Shown here one piece after another: positions 38,863-51,568 of a stretch of DNA of 64,000 bases. Every line of letters starts with the position of its first letter. Within the stretch, counting starts at the first letter, position 1. Both the position numbers and the translations under genes were made by a program. Source of the stretch: Penicillus capitatus (lineage: Eukaryota > Plantae > Chlorophyta). Location of the stretch: positions 347,708-411,707 of the forward strand of contig OZ287712.1 in NCBI GenBank assembly GCA_965649825.1. Direction: 5' to 3'. The notes below the pieces were generated by a model, which saw nothing but the letters and a program-made list of their open reading frames with translations, made no database searches and had not been told where the DNA came from.

Positions 38863-41260
38863 ATGAGAAGATGGACGTCATCTCGGCGACATCTGGACGA
38901 TCAGTCCCGATCGCGTCGTGACGACTTTGACGATAGCGTGTCGCCCGAGACGATGCCGTCGAAGGTGAGATCTCACACTACGGTGATGTGACAGCGATGC
39001 AATGGAACAAGAGAAGGTTCCCGGGATGACGAACGGCGCCGGCCCTGTGTGGTGTAGAACGAACGAAAGAAGGCAAAATCGGCGAAGAAGGAGGGAGAAA
39101 AGGTCGATCCCGTGCCGCATCCGCCTCAATCGCCTGCAGATGTGTTCGTCGCGGTCGTAATCTTAGGGCCCATCCGCAACGTCTATGATGTTCGCGTTGT
39201 TTCGGCAGCCCATGCGCGAGACAGTGAAGCCGGCGTTGCAGTTGGAGTTAACAGACGCCGAACTGGAGGAAGAGATTCCGCGAATGCTGACGGCGAACAA
39301 TCCCGAAGCCCCACAGAACATCTCGCGCTTTCACGTCAAGGAAAAGATGTTCAAACTCGAGGCCATGGTCGAACAATGCGCCGTGCGTTTGCCCCTCTCG
39401 TCGCCGCACGTTCGAAACGCATCGATTAGATACACTATGCGACGGACGGGTGGCTTCTGGCCAAGGAGAGCGAAGAAGGGAAGAAGCAGGTCGAGATGGA
39501 ACGTCTACAGGAAGAGGCGCTGTCTAAAGCACAGGCTGAGGTATCCGATAGCGCCGGCGCAGCGGAGGACGATGCGGACGAGGCGAAGCAACTGCGGAAT
39601 CAATTCAATTTCAGCGACCGGGCCTGTCAGACATCGAACGCCGCGCCCAAGAGCCGGGGATGTTATACGGAACCGCCGCAGACGACGACGCGAAGTGGTA
39701 AGCTTTTCGGCGAAAAGTGTGAAAGTGTGACCTGCTGTTCGATCACGAAGGCTCCTGTTCTCAGTGGGAGATCTACGACGACTACGTGCGCGACATCGAG
39801 GCGCAGAAGATTCGCGAACAACGTAGCAAGAAACGCTCGAGCACCGCACGCAAAGCGAAAAATAACGAAGGCGTGGGGCAAGAGGGATCGGCAGAGATCG
39901 AAAACGTCGAGCCCTCGATGGTCGATGGCGTTTCGTCCCGGGCGGCGAAGGTCGTCGAGAGAATGACGATGCAAAACGTCTTTGACGAGTTCAGTATGGA
40001 CCTTAAGTACTGGGACGACAACTCAGATACCTTCCGTCCGAACGAAGCGTCGCTGCTGCCGCTGTGGCGTTTCGCCAGCGATATGTCGAGTGGCAAGCAG
40101 GTCACGTCTATCTGTCCGCATCATCAGCACTCGGATGTCTTTGCCGTGGGCTACGGAAGCTACGAAGCCCTTAGACAAACAGCGGGATTGGTCAGCGTCT
40201 ATTCCGTAAAGAATCCTGCCGTGCCAGAGATCGATCTGCCTCTGGAGAGCGGCGTCTTGACGGTGACCTTCCATCCCGAGTACGCGAGTATCTTGGCGGC
40301 TGGATGTTATGACGGTGGCTTGCGGGTGATGAAGACGGACGGCGAGATGCTGTACACAACGGACAGCGTGAAGAATCGTCCAAGCGAGGCCTTATGGCAG
40401 ATCTTCTGGAAGCGAGACGCCGGCGTCGGCGAATTGCAGCTCTACTCGGCATCGGCCGACGGGCAGCTCGGTCTCTGGACCTTCACCCGCGCCGAGATCC
40501 TCTTCGAGCCAATGATGATCATCGAAACGCAAAGCCACCCGATCCATCGCGTCGCCGGAATGCTGGCCCTAGACTTTAACCAGGTATGCCGCGCGGTTCG
40601 ACGACGTATCGCCGAGGGTGGTCGTGCAGTTGGAGGAGACGACGTATCTCGTTGGGACGGAAGGCGGCGCCATCCACCGCTGCTCGACGGAATACGATTC
40701 CGAGTATCTCGATACGTATCGCGGCCATACCTTGCCCGTCTACGCCGCAAAGTGGAACCGTTTTCATCCAGACATCTTCCTCACGGCGTCGGAGGACTGG
40801 ACCGTGCGCCTTTGGGATGCCGGATGGCCAGATCAGGCTCTTCTTACCTTCGAACTCGGCGCACCGGTCACCGACGTCGCCTGGGCGCCGTACGCCTCGA
40901 CCGTTTTTGCCGCCATCACCGCGACAGGTTCGACACATTGACTCCATCGATTGCCCCGACTCAGTGGGATGCATACCAGGCAGCGTTTTCGCTTATGATA
41001 TCGCACTTAACCGTCACACCGCGATATGTGAGCAGAAGGTCGTGAGTCGAGGACGCCTGACAAAGATCCTGTTCCACCCACAGCAGCCACTCGTTTTCAC
41101 TGGCGACACGCAAGGCATCGTGCGTTCGTTCAAGCTCTCACCCAATCTGCGCAAAAACGTCATTCACGATGCGTGCGACGCAGACGCCGTTCAGAAGGAA
41201 CGCGATCGTCTGCAGTGCGTCTTGGACATTGCGCTAAAGAGCATCATTGCCCATACTTAG
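38863..41260 (+). CDS. DIC1: Outer-arm dynein intermediate chain 1 (DNAI1/IC78); start approximate
   Basis: ELEEEIPRMLTANNPEAPQNI, LRNQFNFSDRACQT, EPP motif and WD40 propeller (FAVGYGSY, LTASEDWTVRLW, DVAWAPY). Confidence 0.9.
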
Positions 41261-41346
41261 ACGTCTTCATTTTAATGCAACCCATTTGCCAAAGTCAACA
41301 CGTAACGCACGCTATTTCCATTGTCTTCCGTGCTCAACACAGCGAC

Positions 41347-42711
41347 ATGGGCGAAACGGGAAACCCGCAGACGGTACTGCGCTGCTATGCTTTACCGTCG
41401 TTCACTACCGACTATTGTTCTACAGAACGCGACGTCTTCACCGCCGACGACAACACCACCGATGAGTGGCCAAGAACAACGTCCTGCCTATCCTGTAGGC
41501 GACGCCGAACGTCAACGACGATCATAAGGACGTGTGTTGTGTTAGGGATACCCAATGGGGGCGTTGCAACCGGGGACGTTTCAGCCATACGCGCCTCATC
41601 CCTACTACTATATGACGCCTCCTGCTCCGTTTCCTTCCCCGCAGTCGGCGCATACGTCCATTCCATCTGGACCTCCTGCGACAACGGCGCCGTCCGAAAA
41701 CGCTGCGAGCTCCTCTTCTGTACCGCCGCTCGGGGGATATGCGTTTGGACCGCCTAATGCGACGGTGGATCATCAACAGCACTCAGCGCCTCCGATGCTT
41801 CACAATCTCCATTTCGCCCATCCTCAACCGGCAATGGCGCCTGTGTCGGCACAAGATGCTACGGCAGCACCGCCAATGAATCCAGCAACGTCGACTCCCG
41901 CTGCACCGCTAGGGCAGTACCCTCATCCGCATCTGGGACCTGGCGGTTATCCAGGATATCATCCTTCCTTTTGGCCACCTCCGCAAATGATGCCCTATGC
42001 GCCGCACCCCTATGTTTATCCTCCGAATGGACACATCCCTGGACCTCAAGCTGCGCCGCATCCTATGTGTCCACCGCCTGCGCATGTCACACCCCTTGCT
42101 CCGATGTATGGCGCCCTTCCGCAGGCGGCGGCGCAGCCACAGCAGCCGCCGCCATCTGATCAGCAAATGGCGCAGCCGGCGTCTGAACCGCAGACGACAC
42201 CTTCACCGTCCGATCCGCTAATGCCGCCTGCTTTATCCGAGATACATCCTTTTGCTGAAAGCACTCCTCCTCCTCAGGCTCCGTCCATAAACAGCGCACC
42301 GTTTTCAGAAACACAAGAAACAGCTGATCCTTTGGATCCACATCCACCGCTTTCAAGTATCGGTACCCAGGCTCCAGATCAACATCCAGTGGTAACAACC
42401 TCCCTCATCGACCGCATCCATCAACGCCAACGTCTTCATGTGTGTAGGCAGTATCGGAAACGACATTGCCAGACAGTCCGCTCTGTTCGCGAGCCGAATT
42501 CGAAGCCGATAGCGAAGATCGAGCTCCGGACGATTCCTTTGACGATTTCATCGCCACGCTGAAATTAAAACTCGCGGGACTTCCATTTGACGAGCGCGTC
42601 GACTGGGTCACCGCCGCCTTTGAGCAGTTAGGGATGCAGAAGAGCATCGATGCCATCGTCGAGACCTTTGGCAAGGAGGCCGTCTACTGCTCAAGCGAGA
42701 AATCGCCCTAG
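41347..42711 (+). CDS. Uncharacterised Pro/Ala/His/Tyr-rich protein with small helical C-terminal domain
   Basis: 335-aa P-rich ORF with short upstream exons and a final exon ending FDERVDWVTAAFEQLG...SEKSP-TAG. Confidence 0.6.
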
Positions 42712-42819
42712 GCTTTCTGTTTAAATCGAACAAACCCAACCAATATCACGCAAGATCGCCGAAATAGATGCGTTTGTTTTGAAACAGCCCTTGTGCTACA
42801 GTGTAAAAAACGGTGAGAA

Positions 42820-44308
42820 CTATTCCCACCACAAACGGGGCGAATCTGGCGTCCGTGCCGTGAGGACCTCGCATCCGGCGGCGGTAACAACAAGGGTATG
42901 CTCAAACTGTGCACTGCGGCGGCCGTCCCGCGTCACGGCCGTCCAGCCATCGGGCCAGGTGACATCCTGAGAGACGCCTTCGTTGATCATGGGCTCGATC
43001 GTGAAGACATGACCCTCGCGCATCGTGCCCACCGCTTTGTTCTTGCCATAGTGCGGTACCGAGGGGGCACAGTGGAAGAGTTTGCCGATGCCGTGGCCGC
43101 AGTAAGATTTCACCACACTGTAGCCATGTTCGTGGGCATGCTTCGAAATCACGTCTCCGATGTCGCGGTAGCGCACGCCAGGCTTGACGATGGCGATGGC
43201 CTTGGCCAGGCAATCGTGGGCGACTTTGATCAGGTTCTTGGACTCTGCTGTGACCTCTCCAACCACGTACGTCTCATTGAGGTCGCCATTGTAGCCGTTG
43301 AGGCATGCGGTGACATCGACGTTGCAGATATCGCCGTCCTGCAGCAGCCGGCAATCCGGAATACCGTGACAGATGACCTGCAGCAGACGTCACGCGATAG
43401 CGACCGTTCTGTGAAAAGACAACCTCATTGACGGAAGTGCAGACGGATTTGGGGAAGTGGATATAGTTGAGAGGCGAGGGATAGGCTCCGGCCTGAATCG
43501 TCGCTTCGTGGACCTGGGTGGCGGCTGGTTGGCAAAAGAGTGAGAAGAGGGAGTTACGATGGCGTCGATGAAATCGGTCGTCACTTTCGGTGCGATCGCC
43601 GCATGCGCTTTGTCCAGGATCTCTCGAGCCAGCCTGTCACATCAACAATACACCGAAGGTCACTCTTTTTTCCAGTGGAGAACTTGCAGGCAGATCGGAT
43701 GCCTTCTAGCTGACTTCCACTCCATACAGGGACTAAGAGACACTGCGTTCGATCGTTGGCGGCGCAGGCCAATGAGCTCACTGTCTTTCTGAAAGCGACT
43801 CTGCATTTCTTTCTCTGGTCGTCCAGAAACGGCATAGTCTGGCAGCGTGATATGCTCAGGGACCTATCCGCATACCATAGGCAACAGGAGTCACGGCGTC
43901 GTCTACCAGGCGATAGGGTCCGATGCGTTCCGGTCTCAGATCTCCTGTCCAGGCAAAATCCGGTAGGACATCGGATCGACCGCGTCCTCTGTTCGTCGCA
44001 AAGAGCCACTTCCCACTGGTCTTGTGTACCTTCTTGTGCTCGTTCCAGGCGTTCTGTACGGCACGCCGCCAGTCAGTCGTGTGCGACTGTCTGTATTGGA
44101 ACACTTTGAAACAGGCTTGACTGCAGAAGACCGAAAGAGGCTTCGGAATTTTAAGGGCAATGCATTTGGGGCATTGGAGGTTGGCAGGGGTGTGACATCT
44201 ATGTCAGCGACCGTGACGCCTTCAATGGATGACACGGAAACGGCAGTACTGGCAGCAGAGGAAGTTATCGCGTGTGGCCGTCGTGGGATGGCTCTCCGTT
44301 TCTTGCAT
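42820..44308 (-). CDS. MAP1A: Methionine aminopeptidase 1A (cytosolic, N-terminal zinc finger)
   Basis: CCQC..LQCPKC..FCSQACF zinc finger, [51 protein letters not shown]. Confidence 0.95.
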
Positions 44309-44324
44309 TTCGGTCGCGTCGAAA

Positions 44325-45499
44325 ATGCGCTTCGAAATGAAACAAATGACGCGGTGGCGACACAGGCGAACGGGACGTGTCTACTGCCATGGTGCCGCAC
44401 AGACGACGCGCGTGTCGCAGCATCGGTCCCCATGTTGCACACGGGATGCACAGACAGTCCTGCAGCGGCAACAGCAATGCCAGACGACGCGCAGCCAGGC
44501 GACGCAAACGTGGCGCGATCTGTACAACGACACGCGGCGCGATGTCCTCCGCCCTATCCGTATCGTCGAACCATGCGTAAAGTATGGGGAGACGGGGTGG
44601 GTGCGCAGGTGGATACTACGAAACGGCGGCGGATTATCATGCTCGACGCGGAAAGGCCGCCCTGATGATTCAACGCTGGGTTCGAGGGCATCTCGGACGA
44701 AAACGCGCAGCGGAATGCCGCCGTCTGCGAATCGAAGCAGCAAAGGCGGCGGAAATGCAACGTCTCGAAAACGAACAGATCGAAGAGCGACGTGTGAAGG
44801 AAGAGCGACGGTGGCGTATGCATCCAGAGACACTGGCAGACTTTGCACTGCTCCGTGCCGAACTGCGACGCTGGGCGAGCGAGGTATCGCAACGGTTTCG
44901 CCTTCGAGTGGCCGAGAACTGGCGGTTAGGAAATGGAGACGATCCGACGTGAAAGCGTCTCGGAAGACGAGGCGCAGGAACGCCGCGTCGATCTTACCCA
45001 TCGCTGGACGCGTTTTCACCAAACCCTCGAACGCCTGGAGCATTCTCGACGTCGCCCCATCGCTTTCCCTCGCCGTTCGGTCATTTCTCGTGAGTCTAGG
45101 ACACAAGACGGCGCAGCGTCGTCCGATGCTGCTGTTGCAACGTGCGGCGGCGGCGGCGAGGTGGAAAAAGCAACGACGCGAAGGTGTCATGTATGTGGAA
45201 ACGGCAGAGACGTTGCATTGGAAAAGACAGCTCTCACTCTTTCAATCCCTCTGTGCTCGACAGCCAACGTCTCAGCAACGTCTCACTCTTTTGCAACAGC
45301 TGGACGAGCTTTTCCAGCACCACACCTGTCACATCTCCCATCTCATTCACCGCGAGATCGACTATCTCCGACGGTATCTCCCTGTGCGCTGTATAAAAGG
45401 GCTGAGGTGGGCATGGATGGCAGCGGTCTCTGCACCAAAGGCGTTCGGGCACAACTGGAAAACGCTGTCTTTGACGCTTTGGTTTCTGATGTGACGTGA
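44325..45499 (+). CDS. IQUB: IQUB/FAP253-like radial-spoke protein; start uncertain
   Basis: TGRVYCHGAAQT, DAQT and ATQT motifs, IQ motif ALMIQRWVRGHLGR, RMHPETLADF..L.AEL..W, HREIDYLRR. Confidence 0.8.
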
Positions 45500-45660
45500 C
45501 ATAGAGGCCACGTGTCAGCGTCGTCCCGTTGATGTGATTTGAACACCGCACGCACCGTTCTTTTGGACACCGCTTTTATTACGCCGCTCTTTACGCGGCC
45601 GTATCCTCAGTTGTAAGGATTTTACGTCGCAGAGTGTTTTTCTCACAAGCTCATGCGTGA

Positions 45661-47908
45661 ATGGAGACGACGTTGACGGACACAGCGGAGCCACCCGATA
45701 TTACCACCGAGGTAACATCCGAGCAGCGCGTTTACGTCTCTCATCCATCTACGGTCGATTCAGAGACCTGCTCAGGTTCCGCATTTCGACGCCTATCAAT
45801 ATTCCTTCTTTACCTCCTCCAACCCCAATGCCCTTGGAGAACTTGAATACGAGACAGGCCTCGAGGTGCGTTACGTCTGTTATCTTGGCTGTCGTCAGGG
45901 GCGTTGGTTGGTACGTGCGTAGGAGGGCGTCGTAGCCCCACCCGAGGAGACTTTCTTTGACTGCGCCGATAGTGACGTGACACCATCTTTGACATTTGAG
46001 ACGTTCGATGAAATCGAACAGAAGGCGACCAAGTCTATGATGGGACCCAGTTCCTCCATCCGTTCACCCAAGGACGCCCAGCGACCCGTGCTGCTGGTCG
46101 AGGAACTGGAGAAACAGTTTCAAGCGGCATCTCTGAAACCCGCTCCTCCATTGACTGTCTCGGAACTGGAGGCACAGATGTACGGTGCAGCGGCGGCTGC
46201 GGCGGCGGATGAAACGGAATCGCATTCCGTTGGATGGCAGCCTCCGCGTTTTGCGCAGCATCCTGGCGATGGGCTGCTATTGAGGGCATCGCTGATGGGA
46301 CAGCAGCCATCGACTATTCCTTGGCTGCGTCCTTCGCCACAATCTGCCTCGCTCCTCAGCTCCTTGACGCAAGTTTCGTCGCAGCTCGGCAGCAGTGGAA
46401 GCAGTGTACAGGGATCCTCACTGTTCATGAGTGATTTTCAGTCGACCGGTTTTGCATCGATCTCACCGAGTCTGCTGCGTTCGCAAGAGAGTCATCTAAC
46501 AGGCTATGGCGGCGGCGGCGGCGGCGGGAGTCTGGGACTGAATGCAGATCTCTCAATGTTTACTGGCGGAAGTCACACTCAGAAATACAAGTTCATGACA
46601 GCAAGCGAAATCGAGAAGATTCTGGCTTGCCAAGTGCAGAACACACATGTACAGAATCCTTACTCGGACGACTATTACTACCATGCCTTCATGAAAAAGT
46701 ATCGCCGCGGATCTGTGCGATTCTCTCCATTGTCTATTAAGGAACTGGAGCATCAGGAGCAAAACATGAAGGCAGAAGTGAAATTTGCGGATCTGCAGGG
46801 ATTGGGCAAGATTCCGTTCTCCAATCTGAGAACGCCGCGTCCTCTCATCGATTTCCTGGACAACGAATCGCTCGCCAGTGCCGAAGAGGAAGCCGGCTTA
46901 CAGAGCATCCAATGGGAGTACATCCGTTTGGCCCAACGAGCTCAGGCCATGCACGCACGAAAGCTGATCGAAGACGCCATGTGTCTGTTGCTAGAAGTGG
47001 ACGACGTCGATCGTCTGGCCATGTCCGAATGCGGCAAGATAGATCTACGCAAGCTGGCTGCCAGAAGACGCGATCTCATCGGCAGCATCGTCGCCGCCTT
47101 TCGGATTCCGTCCACTCCGGAGGGCGTGGCTTCGGGTGGACGCTTTAACGGCGATGGCGTTTTTCTTCGTTTGATGTCTATTGCCAAGGGACGATCACTG
47201 TTGGCCAAGCTTCTGAACGTCTTGGTGCCGCCGCGTCCCTTTCAGGCACTGCCGACCGATACCAAACCGCTCTCGCACATTTGCTGGACGACATTGCGCA
47301 ACATCCGAGCACTGTTCGGTCCGACAACGTGGATCACGAAAGCGGGAATCGATGTCGATCTGCCGACGCTTTCGGCAGAGACCAGCAAAATCGCTGTCGG
47401 TTTGAAAGAAGTGATCTTGACGCTTAAATCTGCCACCGATGTGTGCAAAGCGTTCGAGGCCTTAGCAAAGGGCGATCTGATGTCATCGGACGGTTCCGTC
47501 GTGACACCCGAAGAGCTCCTTCTGCCGTTTCTTCCACCAAATCACGTCCCTGGATGCAAGACGGGCATTTGGCTGGAGGCCGTTCTGGTGGCTTTACTGC
47601 AGCGTGCTCTGGAAGTCGGCTTGGCACAGCGCATCAGCTTTACCCATACGATCGGCGCCTATACCGATTTTGAACTGATGAAGAAGTGGGAATGGGTGTT
47701 CGGGGTTCTGTACGGAGCGGTAACAGCGCATCTGAAGATCTTGGTGCAGGTGCATCGTGTAGCTAAGGAGCGCAATCAGCCCCAGGCGCTGGAGTATGCT
47801 AAGGGACTCCTGGGCAAAGATCTGTTGAGTGCCACACTTATGCTCTGCGACCAACTGCAGTTCTCTAGTGTGAAACAGATTGTGAATGCTTTGTTGGAGT
47901 GGTCGTAG
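45661..47908 (+). CDS. PAT1: mRNA decapping activator PAT1
   Basis: N-terminal FDAYQYSFF, KFMTASEIEKIL, PYSDDYYYHA, LGKIPFSNLRTPRPLI, IEDAMCLLLEVDDVDR, KGRSLL. Confidence 0.92.
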
Positions 47909-48025
47909 TCAACAAGGTACGACTCGATGATCCCATATGTGGCGTGGCTCTGTGACGCTGCTGCATTGTAAAACAACAATCTTATCATCATGAGATGATC
48001 ATTTCGACGCGATTGACGACTCGAA

Positions 48026-49925
48026 ATGGCGCCACCTGCGAAACAGAAGACCGGCGATACTTACAAGTCTGGCGTTGCTGGACGCAGCGACGTGAGGGTG
48101 TGTATGTTCGTGTGTTTGGGTTTGTAGAGACGAGTCGAAGCGACGCGACGTTCGTTCGGCGAATATCGAATCGGCCAAAGCGCTTGCGGATGCGGTGCGA
48201 ACGAGTCTCGGGCCGCGAGGGATGGACAAGATGGTGTGTTCGTGCGGCGGCGGCGGCTGATTAGAAGTGTGAGAAAGTGTGATGTAGGTCTCGAGTCCAG
48301 AAGGCGTGCTGATCACAAACGACGGCGCGACGATTCTCAACAAAATGAGCGTCACACAACCGGCGGCGAAGATGCTCGTCGAGTTATCCAAATCACAGGT
48401 CGCACGATGCCGAACGCAGCGACGGTGGGAAGGCTGCCGTATAGGATGTGGTGGCGGGAGACGGGACGACGTCTGTGGTGATCATCTGTGGCGCCTTGCT
48501 GCGCAAATGCTCGGATCTCTTGGACAGAGGCATCCACCCCAGCGTCATCTCCGATGCCTTTCAGAAAGCGGCAATCCGGGCGTGCGAAGTCCTGACCCAG
48601 ACAGCCATTCCCGTGGATCTGGGTGACAAGACAGCGCTCATTCAAGCGGCCAATACGTTACGCGCCTGCTCGACGTCTCACTCTTTAAAAGAGTGAGATC
48701 GATTGTAGATCGCTCAATAGCAAAGTGGTGGCGCAACATGCGTCGCTGCTATCGCCCATGGCAGTGGACTGCATTCACAAGCTCCGTTCGGACAAAAGCC
48801 AGACAGGGTACACACATCTCACACATAACATCGGCTATCTCACTCTTTGCGATGTGTGACAGGCTGGATCTAAAGAATGTGAAAGTGGTGTCGAAGCTCG
48901 GCGGTATGTTGGAAGATGCAGAGCTGGTGGACGGTATGCTCTTCGATCAGAAATCTGCAAAGGGCGCCAGTGGACCCACACGTGTGACCAATGCCAAAAT
49001 CGCTCTGATCCAGTTCTGCATCTCGCCTCCGAAGACAGACCTCGAAAACAACGTCATCGTGAGCGACTACCAACAGATGGATCGCATTCTGAAAGAGGAA
49101 CGCAATTACATCCTCCAAATCGTCAAGAAGATTCGTGCGGCCGGCGTCAACGTCCTCCTCATCCAAAAATCGATTCTGAGAGATGCCGTCACCGATCTCT
49201 CCCTGCACTACCTCGTCGGCAGTGACTCGAACGAAAAGAGCGCGATCGGTGTTCTCTAGGCGAAAGCGAAGATCATGGTGGTGAAGGATATCGAGAGGAC
49301 GGATGTGGAATTCGTGAGCAAGACGTTGGGATGTCTGCCGATTGCCCACGCAGATCACGTGCGTCCGGAGAAGCTCGGATCGGCGGATCTGGTCGAAGAG
49401 GTGTCGATCGGACGCAATCGCGTCGTTCGCGTGACCGGTATCAAGAATCCTGGCCCGACAGCGACCGTCCTGCTGCGCGGTTCCAACAAGTTGATCATCG
49501 AAGAGGCCGAGCGATCGCTGCACGACGCCTTGTGTGTTGTGCGCTGTTTGGTGCAAAAGAGTTTTCTGGTGGCTGGCGGCGCCGCCCCCGAGATGGAAGT
49601 GACACATCAGCTCACGCAATGGGCGAAGACGCTGCCAGGGATGGAACAGATTTGCGTGCGGAGCTTTGCGGAGGCGCTGGAAGTGATTCCGTATACCCTG
49701 GCAGAGAACATCGGACTGAATCCCATCGAGAAACTCTCGGAGCTGCGCAATCGGCATGCCAAGGGAGAAGTCCATGCCGGCATCAATGTCAAGAAGGGTA
49801 TCATTTCGAATATGATCGATGAGAATGTCGTCCAGCCTCTCCTCGTCAACACCAGTGCGATCACGCTGGCCTGCGAGACGGTGCGCATGATTCTCAAGAT
49901 CGATGATGTCGTGTTAACGCGTTGA
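48026..49925 (+). CDS. CCT4: Chaperonin CCT subunit delta
   Basis: [72 protein letters not shown]. Confidence 0.97.
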
Positions 49926-49968
49926 GAAAGGCGGCGGCAACAGACGTCACATCACGATCGGCGAGTCC

Positions 49969-49973
49969 TGTAA
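49969..49973 (+). terminator. TGTAA chlorophyte-type polyadenylation signal (CCT4 3' UTR)
   Basis: TGTAA also follows the stops of PDI (18484-18488, minus), IQUB (45612), PAT1 (47967) and GDH (54979). Confidence 0.65.
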
Positions 49974-50045
49974 GAAACGTCGTGTCAAGGCATGATCGGT
50001 GTTCCAGACGTGTTGAGCACGGCGACGCCGAAACGTCACATCAAC

Positions 50046-50279
50046 ATGAATGCAGTCGTACGTCTGTATCGCGAGCTCTTCCGCATGACGCGTCGTCTGC
50101 CGCCGGAGTCGTGGCCGTACTATCGCCGTTATCTCCGCGAGAATTTCGAGACGCACCGCGAGGAGGACGATCCGTCGCGCATTCTCTTTCTCTTAGACAA
50201 AGCGCGTCAACACGCCGAATGGATCTTACAACAGTACGGCATCGTTTCTCATTCTTTTCAATGTGTGATGATGATGTGA
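50046..50279 (+). CDS. LYR-motif mitochondrial protein (LYRM9-like)
   Basis: LYRELFR...YYRRYLRENFETHREEDDPSRI...ARQHAEWILQQY. Confidence 0.8.
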   Translation: MNAVVRLYRELFRMTRRLPPESWPYYRRYLRENFETHREEDDPSRILFLLDKARQHAEWILQQYGIVSHSFQCVMMM

Positions 50280-50396
50280 CAGCCGCCGCCGAGGCCAGCA
50301 AAATTAACACACCATCCTAACTACGCTACCCTAACAACCGAGCCATACGTTCGTCTCGTCTTCGGTCATCATATATCCGCCACATGGTATCCCCCA

Positions 50397-50818
50397 TTAA
50401 CCCGACTTGAACAAGAGCACCGCGATTTGACCTGAAGCGCAGCTTCGCCGCCAGGTCCAAGGAAAAGACATTACCGATGTAGAAATAGATGAAGTGCTTG
50501 GTCTCATGTGTGACAAACGAACCTACATACAGCGACGTCGAATTCTATGGGGGATGATGAGGAAGGCGGCCGACCGAAGTTGCGCCCGACGATACAGTGC
50601 CACGTGGGATTGAACTTCTTATCGAATTCCTTTTTGATATACGAGGCAATATCGCGTTCGAGATTGAACTGGTCAAGGGCCTGTCATGGCAGAAACGTCG
50701 TCGTCAGCACCGGCGACGCATTGCCCTCGACAGCGACCTCCGTTGCGCGTTCTATCGCCTCGCACTGCATTTCTTCGCTCATGTCTGCATTCTTGACGAT
50801 CGCTTTCTTGTCCGCCAT
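50397..50818 (-). CDS. LC8: Dynein light chain LC8 (canonical type), 3 introns
   Basis: [18 protein letters not shown]...[58 protein letters not shown]. Confidence 0.95.
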
Positions 50819-50996
50819 GATAGCGCTGCCTGAGGATCGAAATAGGTCGGAATGGTCGTGGACAGGCGAGTGGACGAGTCAACGCGCCGCGTGCCGTTCG
50901 TTTAATGACCGACTGGTACAGATGGCCGCCATTAATGCATCCATTTTGGCTTCATTATCGCATCCGCTGTCGATGGGCGTTCCTGCTGATTCTGCG

Positions 50997-51450
50997 ATGA
51001 CGTCGTTAGACAAAGACGCTGTTATCAAGAGCGTGGATATGTCGGAGGATATGAAATACCAAGCAATCGAAGTCGCTAAAGAAGTGCGTCCCGGACGCGG
51101 CGCGAACGTACCAACACAACCGATATAACGAAGGGCTCCTGTGTTAGGCGCTTACCGAACAAACTGTCGAGAAAGACGTGGCGGCGCATATCAAGAAGCG
51201 TTTTGACACGTTGTATGGCCAAACCTGGCACTGTATTGTTGGCAGGAGTTTCGGTATGTCTCCTTCGAACCTTCGCCTGGCATGCTGACGTGAGTGCCGC
51301 CCGACAGGGTCCTTTGTCACTCACGAAGCCGGACACTTTATCTACTTCTATATGCGTATGTTTGTGCACCTGCATCATGCTGTGATGTGACAGGTATCTG
51401 TTGCCCTAGGTCCAAGCAAACAAGCATTCCTCCTCTTCAAGGCTGGGTGA
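50997..51450 (+). CDS. Second, divergent LC8-family dynein light chain, 3 introns
   Basis: [12 protein letters not shown]...[43 protein letters not shown]...[11 protein letters not shown]. Confidence 0.92.
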
Positions 51451-51568
51451 AGTGCAGACGCCATAGGATGCGTCGGTATAAAAGATGAAAAGACGTGACG
51501 CTGAGCGATAATAAGAATGAAGATACACAGATGATTATGTGTGTAAAGGGTGACAGACACGGACGGCA

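Noticed and set aside
46508-46528. (GGC)n and (GCC)n microsatellites (also ~3275, ~11090) and CAG/CAT runs at ~9690
   Set aside because: Ordinary poly-Gly/Ala/Arg/Gln/His coding tracts; no spacer-repeat (CRISPR-like) organisation.
5116-47908. XRN1-like gene and PAT1 as an mRNA-decay gene cluster
   Set aside because: They are ~36 kb apart with many unrelated genes between; consistent with chance.
48870-49775. Long antisense or alternative-frame ORFs (e.g. 48870-49775, 60348-60980, 44381-45190, 30535-31194)
   Set aside because: They lie opposite well-conserved genes, show no motifs, and are expected shadows of GC-rich codon usage.
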